Counted from the first letter of the stretch, positions 49,868-59,337 are shown. The stretch is 64,000 nt of DNA from Rhizobiaceae bacterium (GCA_032057925.1 DAMCEK010000008.1:19888-83887), one strand, 5' to 3'. Made by a program: numbers and translations. Notes: generated by a model from the letters alone, not told the origin.

Positions 49868-50860
49868 TTATGAAGACTTCCATATTTTTCGCCGGAAAGC
49901 GTGCGGTGGCTCACCAAAAAGCTCCTTGAATGCCGTTGTCAGGTTTGCCGCACAAGAATACCCGACCTGACTGGCGACTTCTTCGATCGATATCCGATCC
50001 TGAAGCAGAAGCTCACGAGCATAATTGAGTCGTTGAAACCGGATATATTCGAAAAGGCTCATATTGTATTGCTTTCTCGTCAATCGTTTGAGAACGCTAA
50101 CACTTGCGCCTATATGGCGACTCATTTCCTCACTCGTCCATTTTTCCATAATATTTGCACGAATGAATTCATTGAACCGATCTGTCAGGATAGCCTCTTT
50201 GTTCCGCAAGCCCGTTGAAATTATATGCTTTTCACCGTTGAGATGTTCAATGCTCGTTGCAATAAGAGAAAGAACCAGCGCTTCAAGACGCAGTTTTTCT
50301 ATCCATCCATCATGATCGTGTCGCAGTAAACGCTCCAGAATGGCGATAATATCAGGACTTGGGACCCAGCTTCGTGCGGCTAGATGGGTGCGCACAAAAA
50401 GATCGAAATGCCTGAGACCGTGCCAGCCGACATTCTCATCACTTTCCAGCCACTCAGGTGCAATGGTGACAACCACTTGCCTGACATTCTGATTATGATG
50501 CGAACGTCGGCAGAACGATTCCGCCTCTGTGCGGTTGATCACAGTGGCGAGAACCTGGCCATTTTTTCCTACCGAAAATCTTTTGCCACCGACATCAATC
50601 TCCACTGAACCGCAGAGAAAAAAGATAAAGGATATTCCTGCCGGAACGACAGTCCGACTGACAAAGTCCTCATATTCAACCGCATTGCTCGTATGAAGAT
50701 ATAAGCCTTTCCGCAATTGTTCCCGGCGGTGAAAACCACGCAGTAGAGTACTGCCAGAAGCAGATTTTCGCGCAGAAATATTGGTGAAAATGCCCATGGT
50801 TTTGGCAATGCCGGAAAGTGTTTCGCCATCATAAACACGTTTAAGTCTATTCATCGACAT
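49868..50860 (-). CDS. AraC-family transcriptional regulator (siderophore-receptor-associated, PchR-like context)
   Basis: ATG 50860 is preceded by GGGAGA. C-terminal AraC HTH (WTSEEMSRHIGASVSVLKRLTRKQYNMSLFEYIRFQRL...VASQVGYSCAANLTTAFKELFG). Divergent from a TonB-dependent receptor gene. Confidence 0.85.
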   Translation of the reverse strand: MSMNRLKRVYDGETLSGIAKTMGIFTNISARKSASGSTLLRGFHRREQLRKGLYLHTSNAVEYEDFVSRTVVPAGISFIFFLCGSVEIDVGGKRFSVGKNGQVLATVINRTEAESFCRRSHHNQNVRQVVVTIAPEWLESDENVGWHGLRHFDLFVRTHLAARSWVPSPDIIAILERLLRHDHDGWIEKLRLEALVLSLIATSIEHLNGEKHIISTGLRNKEAILTDRFNEFIRANIMEKWTSEEMSRHIGASVSVLKRLTRKQYNMSLFEYIRFQRLNYARELLLQDRISIEEVASQVGYSCAANLTTAFKELFGEPPHAFRRKIWKSS

Positions 50861-50901
50861 TCGTTTCTCCCAAAACCATTTTAATTGCACAATCCTTGAT
50901 G

Positions 50902-50940
50902 TGGCCGGTTGGCAAAAATGAATGGCCGGTTCGCAAAAAT
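50902..50940. promoter_or_regulatory. Tandem 18-bp direct repeat TGGCCGGTT(G/C)GCAAAAAT with 21-bp period
   Basis: Read directly: 17 of 18 positions identical, with copies at 50902-50919 and 50923-50940, in the AraC/receptor divergent region. Confidence 0.6.
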
Positions 50941-50941
50941 A

Positions 50942-50962
50942 ATATGACTAAAAATATCATAT
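50942..50962. promoter_or_regulatory. Inverted repeat ATATGA-N9-TCATAT (contains a TGA-N9-TCA IRO/RirA-box-like core)
   Basis: Read directly. Lies 114 nt upstream of the receptor ATG at 51076. A near-identical motif occurs at 59318-59337. Confidence 0.5.
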
Positions 50963-51075
50963 TAAAAGACAGCGGAACTTCAAGATGCGATATCACAAGT
51001 GAATCGGAAACTTGCGATGTCTGCACTGTCGCTCTGTATCAGGAACATTTCGCGCGCAAACTGGTGAGCTTAATA

Positions 51076-53295
51076 ATGAAAATATCCCGAGCTTTGTTTT
51101 TCTGTCTTGTCGCAACGGTTAGCTTGCCTGCTTCTGCTTTCTCCCAGGAGGTTGGCAAGGAGGGCGTAAAAAATCCGCAAGAAATGAATCATGACAAAGA
51201 CAGCATCGTTCTTCAGACCATCACCGTGACCAGTGATCGAGATTCGTCATGGGAATCTGCGGAGGGTTATGTCACAACGCGCAGCGAGGCTGCGACCATG
51301 ACCGACACACTACTGATTAATACACCAGCCTCCGTGTCAGTCGTCACGCGCGACGAAATGGATGCACAGGGTGCGCAAACGGTTTCACAAGCTCTGCGAT
51401 ATGTGCCCGGTGTCCTGTCGGAGAGCCGCGCTTCAGCTCGATATGACAGCGTGTTTGTACGCGGTTTCGGTGGGTTTGGCCAAACCACCAACTTTGTTCA
51501 ATATCTCGATGGGCTCAAGTTGCCTCGTGGCCTTTCCTATTTAGTACCAAGCATCGATCCTTATCTTCTCGAACGTATCGATATCGTACGCGGTCCCAAT
51601 TCCGTTCTTTACGGCCAGGTAAATCCAGGTGGACTGGTCAATCAGATCACACGGCACGCCCGATTTGAAAATGTAAATGAAGCCTTTGTGACGTTTGGCA
51701 CCAACACGCACAAGTCAACCGGATTTGATTTTGGGCGTGTGCTCGACGAAGATAACACTTTGAGTGGCAGGGTTACTGGTGTCATTCGCGACGGTGAATC
51801 GCAAAGTGGCCTTGATGAAAGACGCTTTGCTATCGCGCCATCCCTAACATGGCGGCCGGACGCGGCTACAACACTCAATATCAGCGCATGGCTTCAACAT
51901 GATCCGGAGGGAGGCGACTATAATGCCATACCCGGACTTGGAACGCTGTTACCACATAAACTCGGGAAAATACCGTATGACGCCTTTATCGGCGAGCCTG
52001 ATTTCGAAAAATTCAAGCGCGACGTGTATTCCTTTGCCTATCTGCTTTCCCATGACTTCAGCGAAGATTTAAGCTTCAGGCAGAATGTGCGATATACTTA
52101 TGGGAAATCAGAATATCGTAACGTTTCTGGCGCTTTATTAAGTGACAGTTCGCCCATGATTCTCCGTCAGGCAACGGCGGCTGACGAAACAATGCACGGT
52201 TTTTCCGCTGATCAGCAGTTACGTTGGGGCTTTAATACAGGAACCGCCCGTCATACCGTGCTCGGTGGGTTCGAATATCAATATGGCGTTGCCGATCGTC
52301 TGATCGGTACGGGCAGTCCCGGTTTGCCGCTTAATTTCTTAAACCCGGTCTATGGCATCGATATTCCTACCCCAGCGTTCAGCACGGATTCCCGACGGAA
52401 ACAGTCACAGTTCGGGTTTTATCTGCAAGACCAGATCGAATGGGGCAACTGGGTTGCCCAGATGGGTATCCGTCATGACCGGGTTAAAACGGAAGATCAG
52501 GTGAAAACCTTTGCGACAGGAGCACGCAGTCAAACTGATCAAAATGATAATGCTACGACTTATAAAATCGGGTTGCTGCACCATTTCGATAATGGGTTTG
52601 CGCCATATATAAGCTATTCAACATCGTTCGAGCCAACGACATCAGTCAATCTCTATGGCCATCCGTTCGTTCCAAGTACGGCAACCCAATGGGAAGTAGG
52701 CCTTAAATACGAACCGGAAGCCTTCGATGGGCTTTTCACGCTGGCCTATTTCGACCTCACCCGTGAGAATGTTCTGACGAAGGATCTCCGGCCCGGTGCG
52801 CCTAGTAATGCTCAGATTCAGACCGGGGAAATTCGCGTCAAGGGTATCGAATTTGAAGCGCGCACCCAATGGACACAGAATTTTTCAACCATCGCAACGG
52901 CAACGCATCTGATGCCCGAGGTCACGGCAAGCAACACACCCAATGAAGAAGGCAATGCGCCAGTAGGCGTACCGGAAACCATGGCTTCGCTTTGGGCCGA
53001 ACACAAGTTTTTAGACGGATCTCTCAGTCTTGCAGCGGGAGTGCGATATATGTCCTCCACATGGGCTGATGTAGCAAATACAATAGAAGTGCCTGCAGTA
53101 ACACTCGTCGATGCAGCAATTCGCTACGATCTCGGAAATCTGGATCAGGCGCTTGATGGTGTTACGCTGAGCGTGAATGGTAGCAATCTTCTGAATAAAA
53201 AATATCTGTCCAGTTGTACTGCTTCAAGTACAGGCCTCGGATGCTTTGCCGGCCCTGGGCGCGAAGTCGCCTTTACGCTCGGTCGCAAATGGTAA
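51076..53295 (+). CDS. TonB-dependent siderophore receptor
   Basis: Signal peptide MKISRALFFCLVATVSLPASAFS; plug region (TITVTS..., RYDSVFVRGFGG); beta-barrel ending in the aromatic ...TLGRKW. The track start at 50896 reads through the promoter repeats. Confidence 0.92.
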   Translation: MKISRALFFCLVATVSLPASAFSQEVGKEGVKNPQEMNHDKDSIVLQTITVTSDRDSSWESAEGYVTTRSEAATMTDTLLINTPASVSVVTRDEMDAQGAQTVSQALRYVPGVLSESRASARYDSVFVRGFGGFGQTTNFVQYLDGLKLPRGLSYLVPSIDPYLLERIDIVRGPNSVLYGQVNPGGLVNQITRHARFENVNEAFVTFGTNTHKSTGFDFGRVLDEDNTLSGRVTGVIRDGESQSGLDERRFAIAPSLTWRPDAATTLNISAWLQHDPEGGDYNAIPGLGTLLPHKLGKIPYDAFIGEPDFEKFKRDVYSFAYLLSHDFSEDLSFRQNVRYTYGKSEYRNVSGALLSDSSPMILRQATAADETMHGFSADQQLRWGFNTGTARHTVLGGFEYQYGVADRLIGTGSPGLPLNFLNPVYGIDIPTPAFSTDSRRKQSQFGFYLQDQIEWGNWVAQMGIRHDRVKTEDQVKTFATGARSQTDQNDNATTYKIGLLHHFDNGFAPYISYSTSFEPTTSVNLYGHPFVPSTATQWEVGLKYEPEAFDGLFTLAYFDLTRENVLTKDLRPGAPSNAQIQTGEIRVKGIEFEARTQWTQNFSTIATATHLMPEVTASNTPNEEGNAPVGVPETMASLWAEHKFLDGSLSLAAGVRYMSSTWADVANTIEVPAVTLVDAAIRYDLGNLDQALDGVTLSVNGSNLLNKKYLSSCTASSTGLGCFAGPGREVAFTLGRKW

Positions 53296-53310
53296 TTTAT
53301 GGAGATGAAT

Positions 53311-54279
53311 ATGCGTTGGCTCCCAGTCCTTCTAATCTTTATAGTATTAGATGTATTGCCAAACCTCTCATCCAGTGCCGCAATGACACAGGCCAAAGGC
53401 GATCCGGTCCAAAAAGCTGACTGGCAGCCAGCGATTTTGCCTCTTGCAAAGCAGAACGACATCAAGTCGTCTGCCACTGGTAAAACCTATCGCATACAAA
53501 TCGGCAAGATCGGCCCCAGGCCTGAAAGCGGCTACCCTGTTGTATATGTTCTCGATGGCGACGCCATGTTTCCGATTGCTTATCTCTATGCCATGGCGCG
53601 GGCTATGCAACTACAGGATCACACACCCGTTTCCGTTCTCATCGTGGGAGTCGGATATTCTAACAGTAGGCTTCTTGATATGAATGCAAGAGCTGCCGAT
53701 TATACCCCTCCTTCGCCCGATTATGAAAAAACGGGCGATGCCTTCGCAAAGAAATTTGGTGAGGCTGACCGCTTTTTAAGTTTTCTTGATCAGGAGCTGA
53801 AGCCGATGATCACGCGAGAGTTTTCGATCGATAAGAACCAGCAAACTTTGATCGGCCATTCTTATGGTGGGCTTTTCACCCTTTACGCGCTTTATACGCA
53901 GCCTGAAAGTTTCAGAAATTATATCGTATCAAGCCCGTCGATCTGGTGGAATAAAGGAATTATTCGAACTTATTTTGAGCAGTTCAAAAAGAAGCAACGT
54001 AATCTTACTTCACCTTTAAGCGTCAGGATAACCAGTGGAAGCTTGGAGGAGATACCCTCGACCACAGCGCAAGGCAATGATCAGCGTATTAAAATGTTGA
54101 ACAGCCGAAAGATGGTATCAAATGCGCAGGATACGGCTAAGGCTATAGAGGGACTTGGAAATCCAGATATTAAAGTGGAGTATGTACTCTATCCGCAGCA
54201 GACCCATGGCACGGTTGCTTTCAGCGCGGTTGCAGACGGCATGGTTCACGCCATAGCAGCAACATTGGCGTCGCCGTAA
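53311..54279 (+). CDS. Alpha/beta-hydrolase esterase (IroE/Fes-like putative siderophore esterase), exported
   Basis: ATG 53311 is preceded by GGAG. Signal MRWLPVLLIFIVLDVLPNLSSSAA. Nucleophile elbow GHSYGG followed by ...SSPSIWWN. Confidence 0.8.
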   Translation: MRWLPVLLIFIVLDVLPNLSSSAAMTQAKGDPVQKADWQPAILPLAKQNDIKSSATGKTYRIQIGKIGPRPESGYPVVYVLDGDAMFPIAYLYAMARAMQLQDHTPVSVLIVGVGYSNSRLLDMNARAADYTPPSPDYEKTGDAFAKKFGEADRFLSFLDQELKPMITREFSIDKNQQTLIGHSYGGLFTLYALYTQPESFRNYIVSSPSIWWNKGIIRTYFEQFKKKQRNLTSPLSVRITSGSLEEIPSTTAQGNDQRIKMLNSRKMVSNAQDTAKAIEGLGNPDIKVEYVLYPQQTHGTVAFSAVADGMVHAIAATLASP

Positions 54280-54839
54280 GGGCATTTACTGAATGGACTG
54301 CTATTTGATGGGGATGGCTCAAGAGTATTACAAAGTTGTTTGATACTGGCGTTTCAGTTATCGAGGCGGGATGATAGCCGGCATTCCATGGCTCACAATC
54401 GAAAATACCGACAGGATTTACCGAAATAGCAGCCCTGCGCTATAATGGCATACTAAAACTGCCTCTGGATTATACAATGTGTATGGAGAATCAATACCAA
54501 GCAGTCACCCTACGGGGGCAGTCCATATAGCAGCCGGCTTCAGAAGCCGATTTCAAGATGGTTAGCGGGTTCGGCCCCAATCCAGACGAATGGATCGCTT
54601 GGCGCGAAAACCCTTTTATGCGCTTATTTGAGCGAACGATCTGATCGCACCGGTTTCCAAACCTCATTTCGGAGAGATTTATACGATGCCGTTGGCGATT
54701 ATGGTATAGTCCGAAATAAGCCGCTGGGGTCACAGGTTAGAAGAGTATTGAGTAGAACATTTGCTGATTACGACGATCACAAGTTAAGATTAAATCCTGC
54801 CTCCGCAATCAACGATAACGTGCGCCAAACTGCGATCTG

Positions 54840-55970
54840 TCACGAATCCGGCAGATAAGCTTCTGCACCGACGGCAATGATTTGTTCCTCACTGAGTGCC
54901 TTGTGCCAATGCGAATATAGCACCTGACGGTCACGGGATAGTTTTACATCGCTTTTCAGGATTCGATGAATTGCACGGAATGCCTTATGCTCGCAGCCTC
55001 CCCAGAAAAACACATCATCCAGATTAACCGGCCAGGAAACAGAACGAATGGCGTCAGGAAGAAGTATCGTCGTTCCTGCGGGCGCGCCATAGCGATAAAG
55101 CCATTCTATTTCGATGTTTGATGGTTTGACAAGTGATTGCATTTCTAATGGGTTGTCAACTTCGATAAAGGCAACGCCGATTGCATTTCTGTCGATACTT
55201 TCGAGAATCCGCGCGATGCCGGGCAACGCGGTCTCATCTCCGGCCAGAACATAAAATTCAGCAGGCTTTGGACCACCTGCGGCGGGTCCAACAATGCCGA
55301 CAACATCACCTGTGGATGCGGCCAATGCCCATCGTGTCGCTGGTCCAGCGCTTTCATGCAGTGCAAAGTCGATCGTAATTTCACCCCAGGCGGGGTTAAT
55401 TGCGCGGATGGTATAGACGCGCGTATCCAGCTTTCGTTGTTTTGGCCAGACAATATGGCCAGCTTCATCGAGAACCGGCCATTCCGGAGAGGAGGAGTTC
55501 TTCGGCTGGAAAATCAATCGACAATGAAGCTGATCATCGCGATCAAAGCGCGCAAGGTCCTCTCCCTGAAAAACGATCCGACGCATGCGTGGGGTAAGCT
55601 GGGAAATATCTTTGACTCGCAGTACACGCAGATCTTCCAGGGGCGTGAAGCCCGTTTCATCACCGTACCATTGAACATCGAGTTTTTCACTGGCGGCAAT
55701 GAAAGATATTGGACCGATTAGCGCATGTTTCAGACGATTGAGCGCATGCTTGTTGGTGGTTTCGATCGAAAGAAGTAGCTGGCCCGGTCGGACCTCGATT
55801 TCTGCTGTGCCGAATACAGATATGACCCGATGGTTGTCACCATGTGGGGTAATAGTCATATCGTGCGTCGCGATTGAGGTCAGGATCGGTTCCAGAAATT
55901 GCTGGATTTTGGGAAACTCGATGAATGCTGCCGCTTTGAACAGGCGTTTTTGAGAGAGTTCGGTTTTCAT
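54840..55970 (-). CDS. DUF2218 domain fused to siderophore-interacting protein (SIP/ViuB-type ferric-siderophore reductase)
   Basis: The N-terminal ~100 aa follow the DUF2218 pattern (FIEFPKIQQFLEPILTSIATHDM...GTAEIEVRPGQLLLSIET...LNRLKHALIGPISFIA). The rest is SIP-like (VYTIRAINP...ITIDFALH..AGPATRWA...GDVVGIVGPAAG...YVLAGDETALPGIARILE). Confidence 0.8.
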   Translation of the reverse strand: MKTELSQKRLFKAAAFIEFPKIQQFLEPILTSIATHDMTITPHGDNHRVISVFGTAEIEVRPGQLLLSIETTNKHALNRLKHALIGPISFIAASEKLDVQWYGDETGFTPLEDLRVLRVKDISQLTPRMRRIVFQGEDLARFDRDDQLHCRLIFQPKNSSSPEWPVLDEAGHIVWPKQRKLDTRVYTIRAINPAWGEITIDFALHESAGPATRWALAASTGDVVGIVGPAAGGPKPAEFYVLAGDETALPGIARILESIDRNAIGVAFIEVDNPLEMQSLVKPSNIEIEWLYRYGAPAGTTILLPDAIRSVSWPVNLDDVFFWGGCEHKAFRAIHRILKSDVKLSRDRQVLYSHWHKALSEEQIIAVGAEAYLPDS

Positions 55971-55973
55971 CGT

Positions 55974-57104
55974 CTAGTCCTGCAAAGAAACCCACAATGG
56001 TCCGCCAAGAGGCATTTTGAAAAATCGCCGGTTGATCTCGGAAAGGGTTGCATCGGGATCAATGTCCGTAAAGCGATCTGGATGCAGCCATTTGGCAACC
56101 AGTTCAATGAAGAGAATGTTGAGTGGTGGCACGGAAATGAGACCCGTCCATATGCCGTGAACGCGTCCACTACGAACGCTTGCAAGTTGCCCGAAGCCAG
56201 TTCGTTGTGTCAGCCGCTTCAATCCTTCACGGCTTTCAATGTGATCGATCCCTGTTCCGATAGCGGGGCGTCCGCCGGAACTCCAACCGCCGCCTGAAGC
56301 AATATAGACATCGAATGGTGTCGATAGCAGATATTCGAGTTGCAGTTTCTGATACCAGGGGGCGGCTACGCCGGGCAGCGTTTGTCCACCTCCAAGTGTG
56401 AGAAGCTCTCCCCAGACCTCCTTTCCCGCAGCCCAGCAGCAATCGTCCATGGTTGATTGAACTTCTAGATAAGTCGTGACCGGTGCCACGTCTGCCAAAC
56501 GACGTTCGATCCGGTTCAAATGCGCATCGAAAAAGCTAATGTAATCTGTGGCCTGTGCCTCGGCGTCCAGAATTTCGCCCCACATTCGCATCTGGTCACG
56601 GAAACTGCCGATAATGCTGTGCTTTGTTGGCTGTCCCTCATTGCTATTGCTAATCTGTTCGCTGAAGATCACGGCTATGCCTGTATTTTCAAGACGCTCA
56701 ACCAAAAGGTCCTTCTCTCCCTGTGGCGCCATGAAAAGGTTAGCGATTACCAGATCGGGAGACAGGCTGATCAACCCTTCGATTGAAATCGTATCCGGCG
56801 TCTGTTTGCCGACGATTTCAATTTTCTGATTTCCTTGCAACTGTTTGAGCAAGATATTGCTATCGATGCGATCTGTTGCGGCCCATCCGGCGATCTGCGA
56901 GGCTGGATTTGGGTGCAGCAATGCCATGGTGACAATGTCACGCGCTTCGAGAAGAACGATGCGTTTCGGTCGCGCAGGTATCTTAACCTTGCGACCAGCC
57001 ATATCTGTAACGGTGCGCAATGGAGAGGAATTGGCAGGCGAAATCCCCGTCAGAGAATTCAGGACGAGGCCCGTACAAAATGTTCGCCTGTCGATCCTCA
57101 CCAT
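55974..57104 (-). CDS. Iron-siderophore ABC-type periplasmic binding protein
   Basis: RR-containing leader MVRIDRRTFCTGLVLNSL...; 376 aa class III PBP-like protein. Start overlaps the receptor stop. Confidence 0.8.
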   Translation of the reverse strand: MVRIDRRTFCTGLVLNSLTGISPANSSPLRTVTDMAGRKVKIPARPKRIVLLEARDIVTMALLHPNPASQIAGWAATDRIDSNILLKQLQGNQKIEIVGKQTPDTISIEGLISLSPDLVIANLFMAPQGEKDLLVERLENTGIAVIFSEQISNSNEGQPTKHSIIGSFRDQMRMWGEILDAEAQATDYISFFDAHLNRIERRLADVAPVTTYLEVQSTMDDCCWAAGKEVWGELLTLGGGQTLPGVAAPWYQKLQLEYLLSTPFDVYIASGGGWSSGGRPAIGTGIDHIESREGLKRLTQRTGFGQLASVRSGRVHGIWTGLISVPPLNILFIELVAKWLHPDRFTDIDPDATLSEINRRFFKMPLGGPLWVSLQD

Positions 57105-59242
57105 TTATAGTTCAATCCTGCAAGCACCTGACGACCATTGCCGAACTGGCAGTAAAAATCAGAACTGCAACTGGAATAGTAATCCTTGTCGAACAGGTTG
57201 GTGACATTGAGCGTCCCTTCAAGGCCTTTCAGGTTAGGTGTCTTTACGCCGAAATCGTAGCGCAAGGCGGCATCAACCAACGTATAGCTGTCCGCTTTCA
57301 CCGTATTGGCATTGTCGGCATAGCTTGATCCGACGAAGCGGACACCGCCGCCAACCGATAGCCCTTCGAGCGTTCCGCCAAGGAAAGTATAATTGGCCCA
57401 GACCGAACCAAAATATTCCGGCACCGCCTGCGGCCGCTTGTCGATATTGTCAGCAACAGCGGCCTTGGTCACTTTGGTGTCAAGAAGCGTGAGGGCTGCA
57501 ATTAGCTCAAGATTGGCTGTCAGATTGCCTCTGGCTTCGAATTCCAGCCCACGGGAGCGAATTTCACCTTCCTGAATGCTGAAGCCAATCGTATCGGGAA
57601 CAAGCGCATTCTTCTGTCGGATGTCGAATGCCGAAAAGGTAAACAAGGCATCAAGATCGGGGGGCTGGTATTTGAGGCCGACTTCATATTGCTGCGCCTT
57701 GCTGGGGATGAATGGTGCGCCGCTGGCATCAGCGCCAATGACCGGCTCGAACGATGTCGAATAGCTCGCATAAGGCGCAAGGCCGTTCTCGAAGAGATAA
57801 AGCAGACCGGCTCTGTAGCTCGTCGCTTCACTTGACTGGTCTGAATAGGTTCCTGCCAAGCGGTTATCGGTGTTCTGTTCGGTCCAGTCGTGACGAATGC
57901 CCAGGACTGCGTGGAAGCCACCGAAGTTCAATTGATCCTGAACATATATGCCCGTCTGCCTGAGCTTTTGATCGCTATCGATGATGGTGGCAAGAGGGCT
58001 GATTGGCTGTCCATAAACGGGGTTTGTAACATCCAGCGACGGTGCCAATCCAAAGCGGTATTCCCAGTCACTCTTTGAATTCTGATAGTCGATACCGGCA
58101 AGAACCTTATGCTGCAATTCACCTGTATCGAAGTCGAACTGCACCTGATTATCGGATGAAATCCCGGCGACGTCTTCAATCGAGCGCAGTGCCTGACGCG
58201 GTATCAGTCCGTTCGCGTCAATAGCGCCCATCATCTGTAAAGATTGAAAATCAGTGTCGACGTGCGAATATCTCAGGTTCGACCGTACGGCTACCGTATC
58301 GTTGAAGCGATGTTCAAAACTATAGCCAATTCCATACTGCTCTCTTTCGAATGAATCGAAATTGGGATCACCAATATTCAGCTTGCGATCCAGATATGGG
58401 CGATAGTCAAGGGGGGCGAGAAAACGCGGATAAAGCGAGTTGAAGTACCCGCCTTCCGGGTCTTTCTGATAATATCCCGAAATGGTCAGGCTCGTATCGG
58501 CATCAGGTTGCCAGGTAATGGACGGGGCTATTCCGAACCGCTTTTCATCGACATCGTCGTAGCGCGTTTCGGCGCGCCGACCGATCATGCTGATACCATA
58601 TTGCAGGCTGCCGTCTTCGGTCAGTGCGCCACGGGACGTCAGCCCAGTTTGGACTCGGCTATCCGTTCCGCCCTGAATGCGAACCTCATTATAAGGCTGT
58701 GCAGAGGGAGGCCTGCTGATCTGGTTGACCAGTCCGCCGGGGCTGATCTGTCCGTAAAGAAGGGCTGATGGTCCTTTCAGGACGTCGATACGATCAAGCA
58801 AAAATGGATCAATGGATGTCTGGGCAAATGCCTGTCCGCGCGGGAGCTTCAGGCCGTCGAGATAGCTCACATAATTGGTGGTGGTTCCGAAACTGCCAAA
58901 TCCGCGCAGAAAGATGGAATCATAGCGCGTATTGGAATCCCTGTCAGTAAGCACACCGGCAGTATAACGCAGGGCTTCACTGACCGTTTGCGGGTTTTGC
59001 TCGTCCAGCTGTCGGCGTGTGATCGTCGAGACGGACTGGGGTGTTTCCAGCAATGCTGTATCAGTTTTGGTCGAGGATAGGCTCTTTTGAAGCAGAATAG
59101 TATCTTGTGTGTCGGTTCTGCTCTCTCCTTCCACCACGATTGTTTCAAGCTGCGTTGCCGTTTCCTGCGCAATCGCTGAACTCGCAAGGGTCAAAAGGCT
59201 GCTGGTGCCGAGGAGAATGAGACTTCGTATCTTTATCGCCAT
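57098..59242 (-). CDS. TonB-dependent siderophore receptor (paralogue of 51076-53295)
   Basis: ATG 59242 is preceded by AGGAAG. Signal MAIKIRSLILLGTSSLLTLASSAIA. Shares RYDSIFLRGFGSFGTTTNYVSYLDGLKLPRG with the first receptor and ends ...GLNYKW. Confidence 0.92.
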   Translation of the reverse strand: MAIKIRSLILLGTSSLLTLASSAIAQETATQLETIVVEGESRTDTQDTILLQKSLSSTKTDTALLETPQSVSTITRRQLDEQNPQTVSEALRYTAGVLTDRDSNTRYDSIFLRGFGSFGTTTNYVSYLDGLKLPRGQAFAQTSIDPFLLDRIDVLKGPSALLYGQISPGGLVNQISRPPSAQPYNEVRIQGGTDSRVQTGLTSRGALTEDGSLQYGISMIGRRAETRYDDVDEKRFGIAPSITWQPDADTSLTISGYYQKDPEGGYFNSLYPRFLAPLDYRPYLDRKLNIGDPNFDSFEREQYGIGYSFEHRFNDTVAVRSNLRYSHVDTDFQSLQMMGAIDANGLIPRQALRSIEDVAGISSDNQVQFDFDTGELQHKVLAGIDYQNSKSDWEYRFGLAPSLDVTNPVYGQPISPLATIIDSDQKLRQTGIYVQDQLNFGGFHAVLGIRHDWTEQNTDNRLAGTYSDQSSEATSYRAGLLYLFENGLAPYASYSTSFEPVIGADASGAPFIPSKAQQYEVGLKYQPPDLDALFTFSAFDIRQKNALVPDTIGFSIQEGEIRSRGLEFEARGNLTANLELIAALTLLDTKVTKAAVADNIDKRPQAVPEYFGSVWANYTFLGGTLEGLSVGGGVRFVGSSYADNANTVKADSYTLVDAALRYDFGVKTPNLKGLEGTLNVTNLFDKDYYSSCSSDFYCQFGNGRQVLAGLNYKW

Positions 59243-59317
59243 TACGAGACTTCCTGTCCTTATACCCAGTTTCAAATCGCTGGTAACAAAACGGGACGAA
59301 TGCGTCCAGTTATTATT

Positions 59318-59337
59318 TATGATAATTATACTCATAT
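59318..59337. promoter_or_regulatory. TATGA-N9-TCATAT motif (IRO/RirA-box-like), second copy
   Basis: Read directly. Lies 76 nt upstream of the receptor ATG (59242, minus strand) and 112 nt upstream of the divergent TetR start. Confidence 0.5.

Noticed and set aside
50896-51075. N-terminal extensions of longest-ORF calls (also 5857-6030, 3368-3664, 59243-59431, 45015-45173 and 41001-41096)
   Set aside because: The extensions overlap neighbouring genes or read through promoter repeats. Internal starts give proper signal peptides, RBSs and family-typical lengths.
54491-54733. 80-aa minus-strand ORF in the esterase/SIP gap
   Set aside because: It has no RBS. Only about 20 residues loosely resemble a transposase tail, which is insufficient to call a gene or a mobile element.
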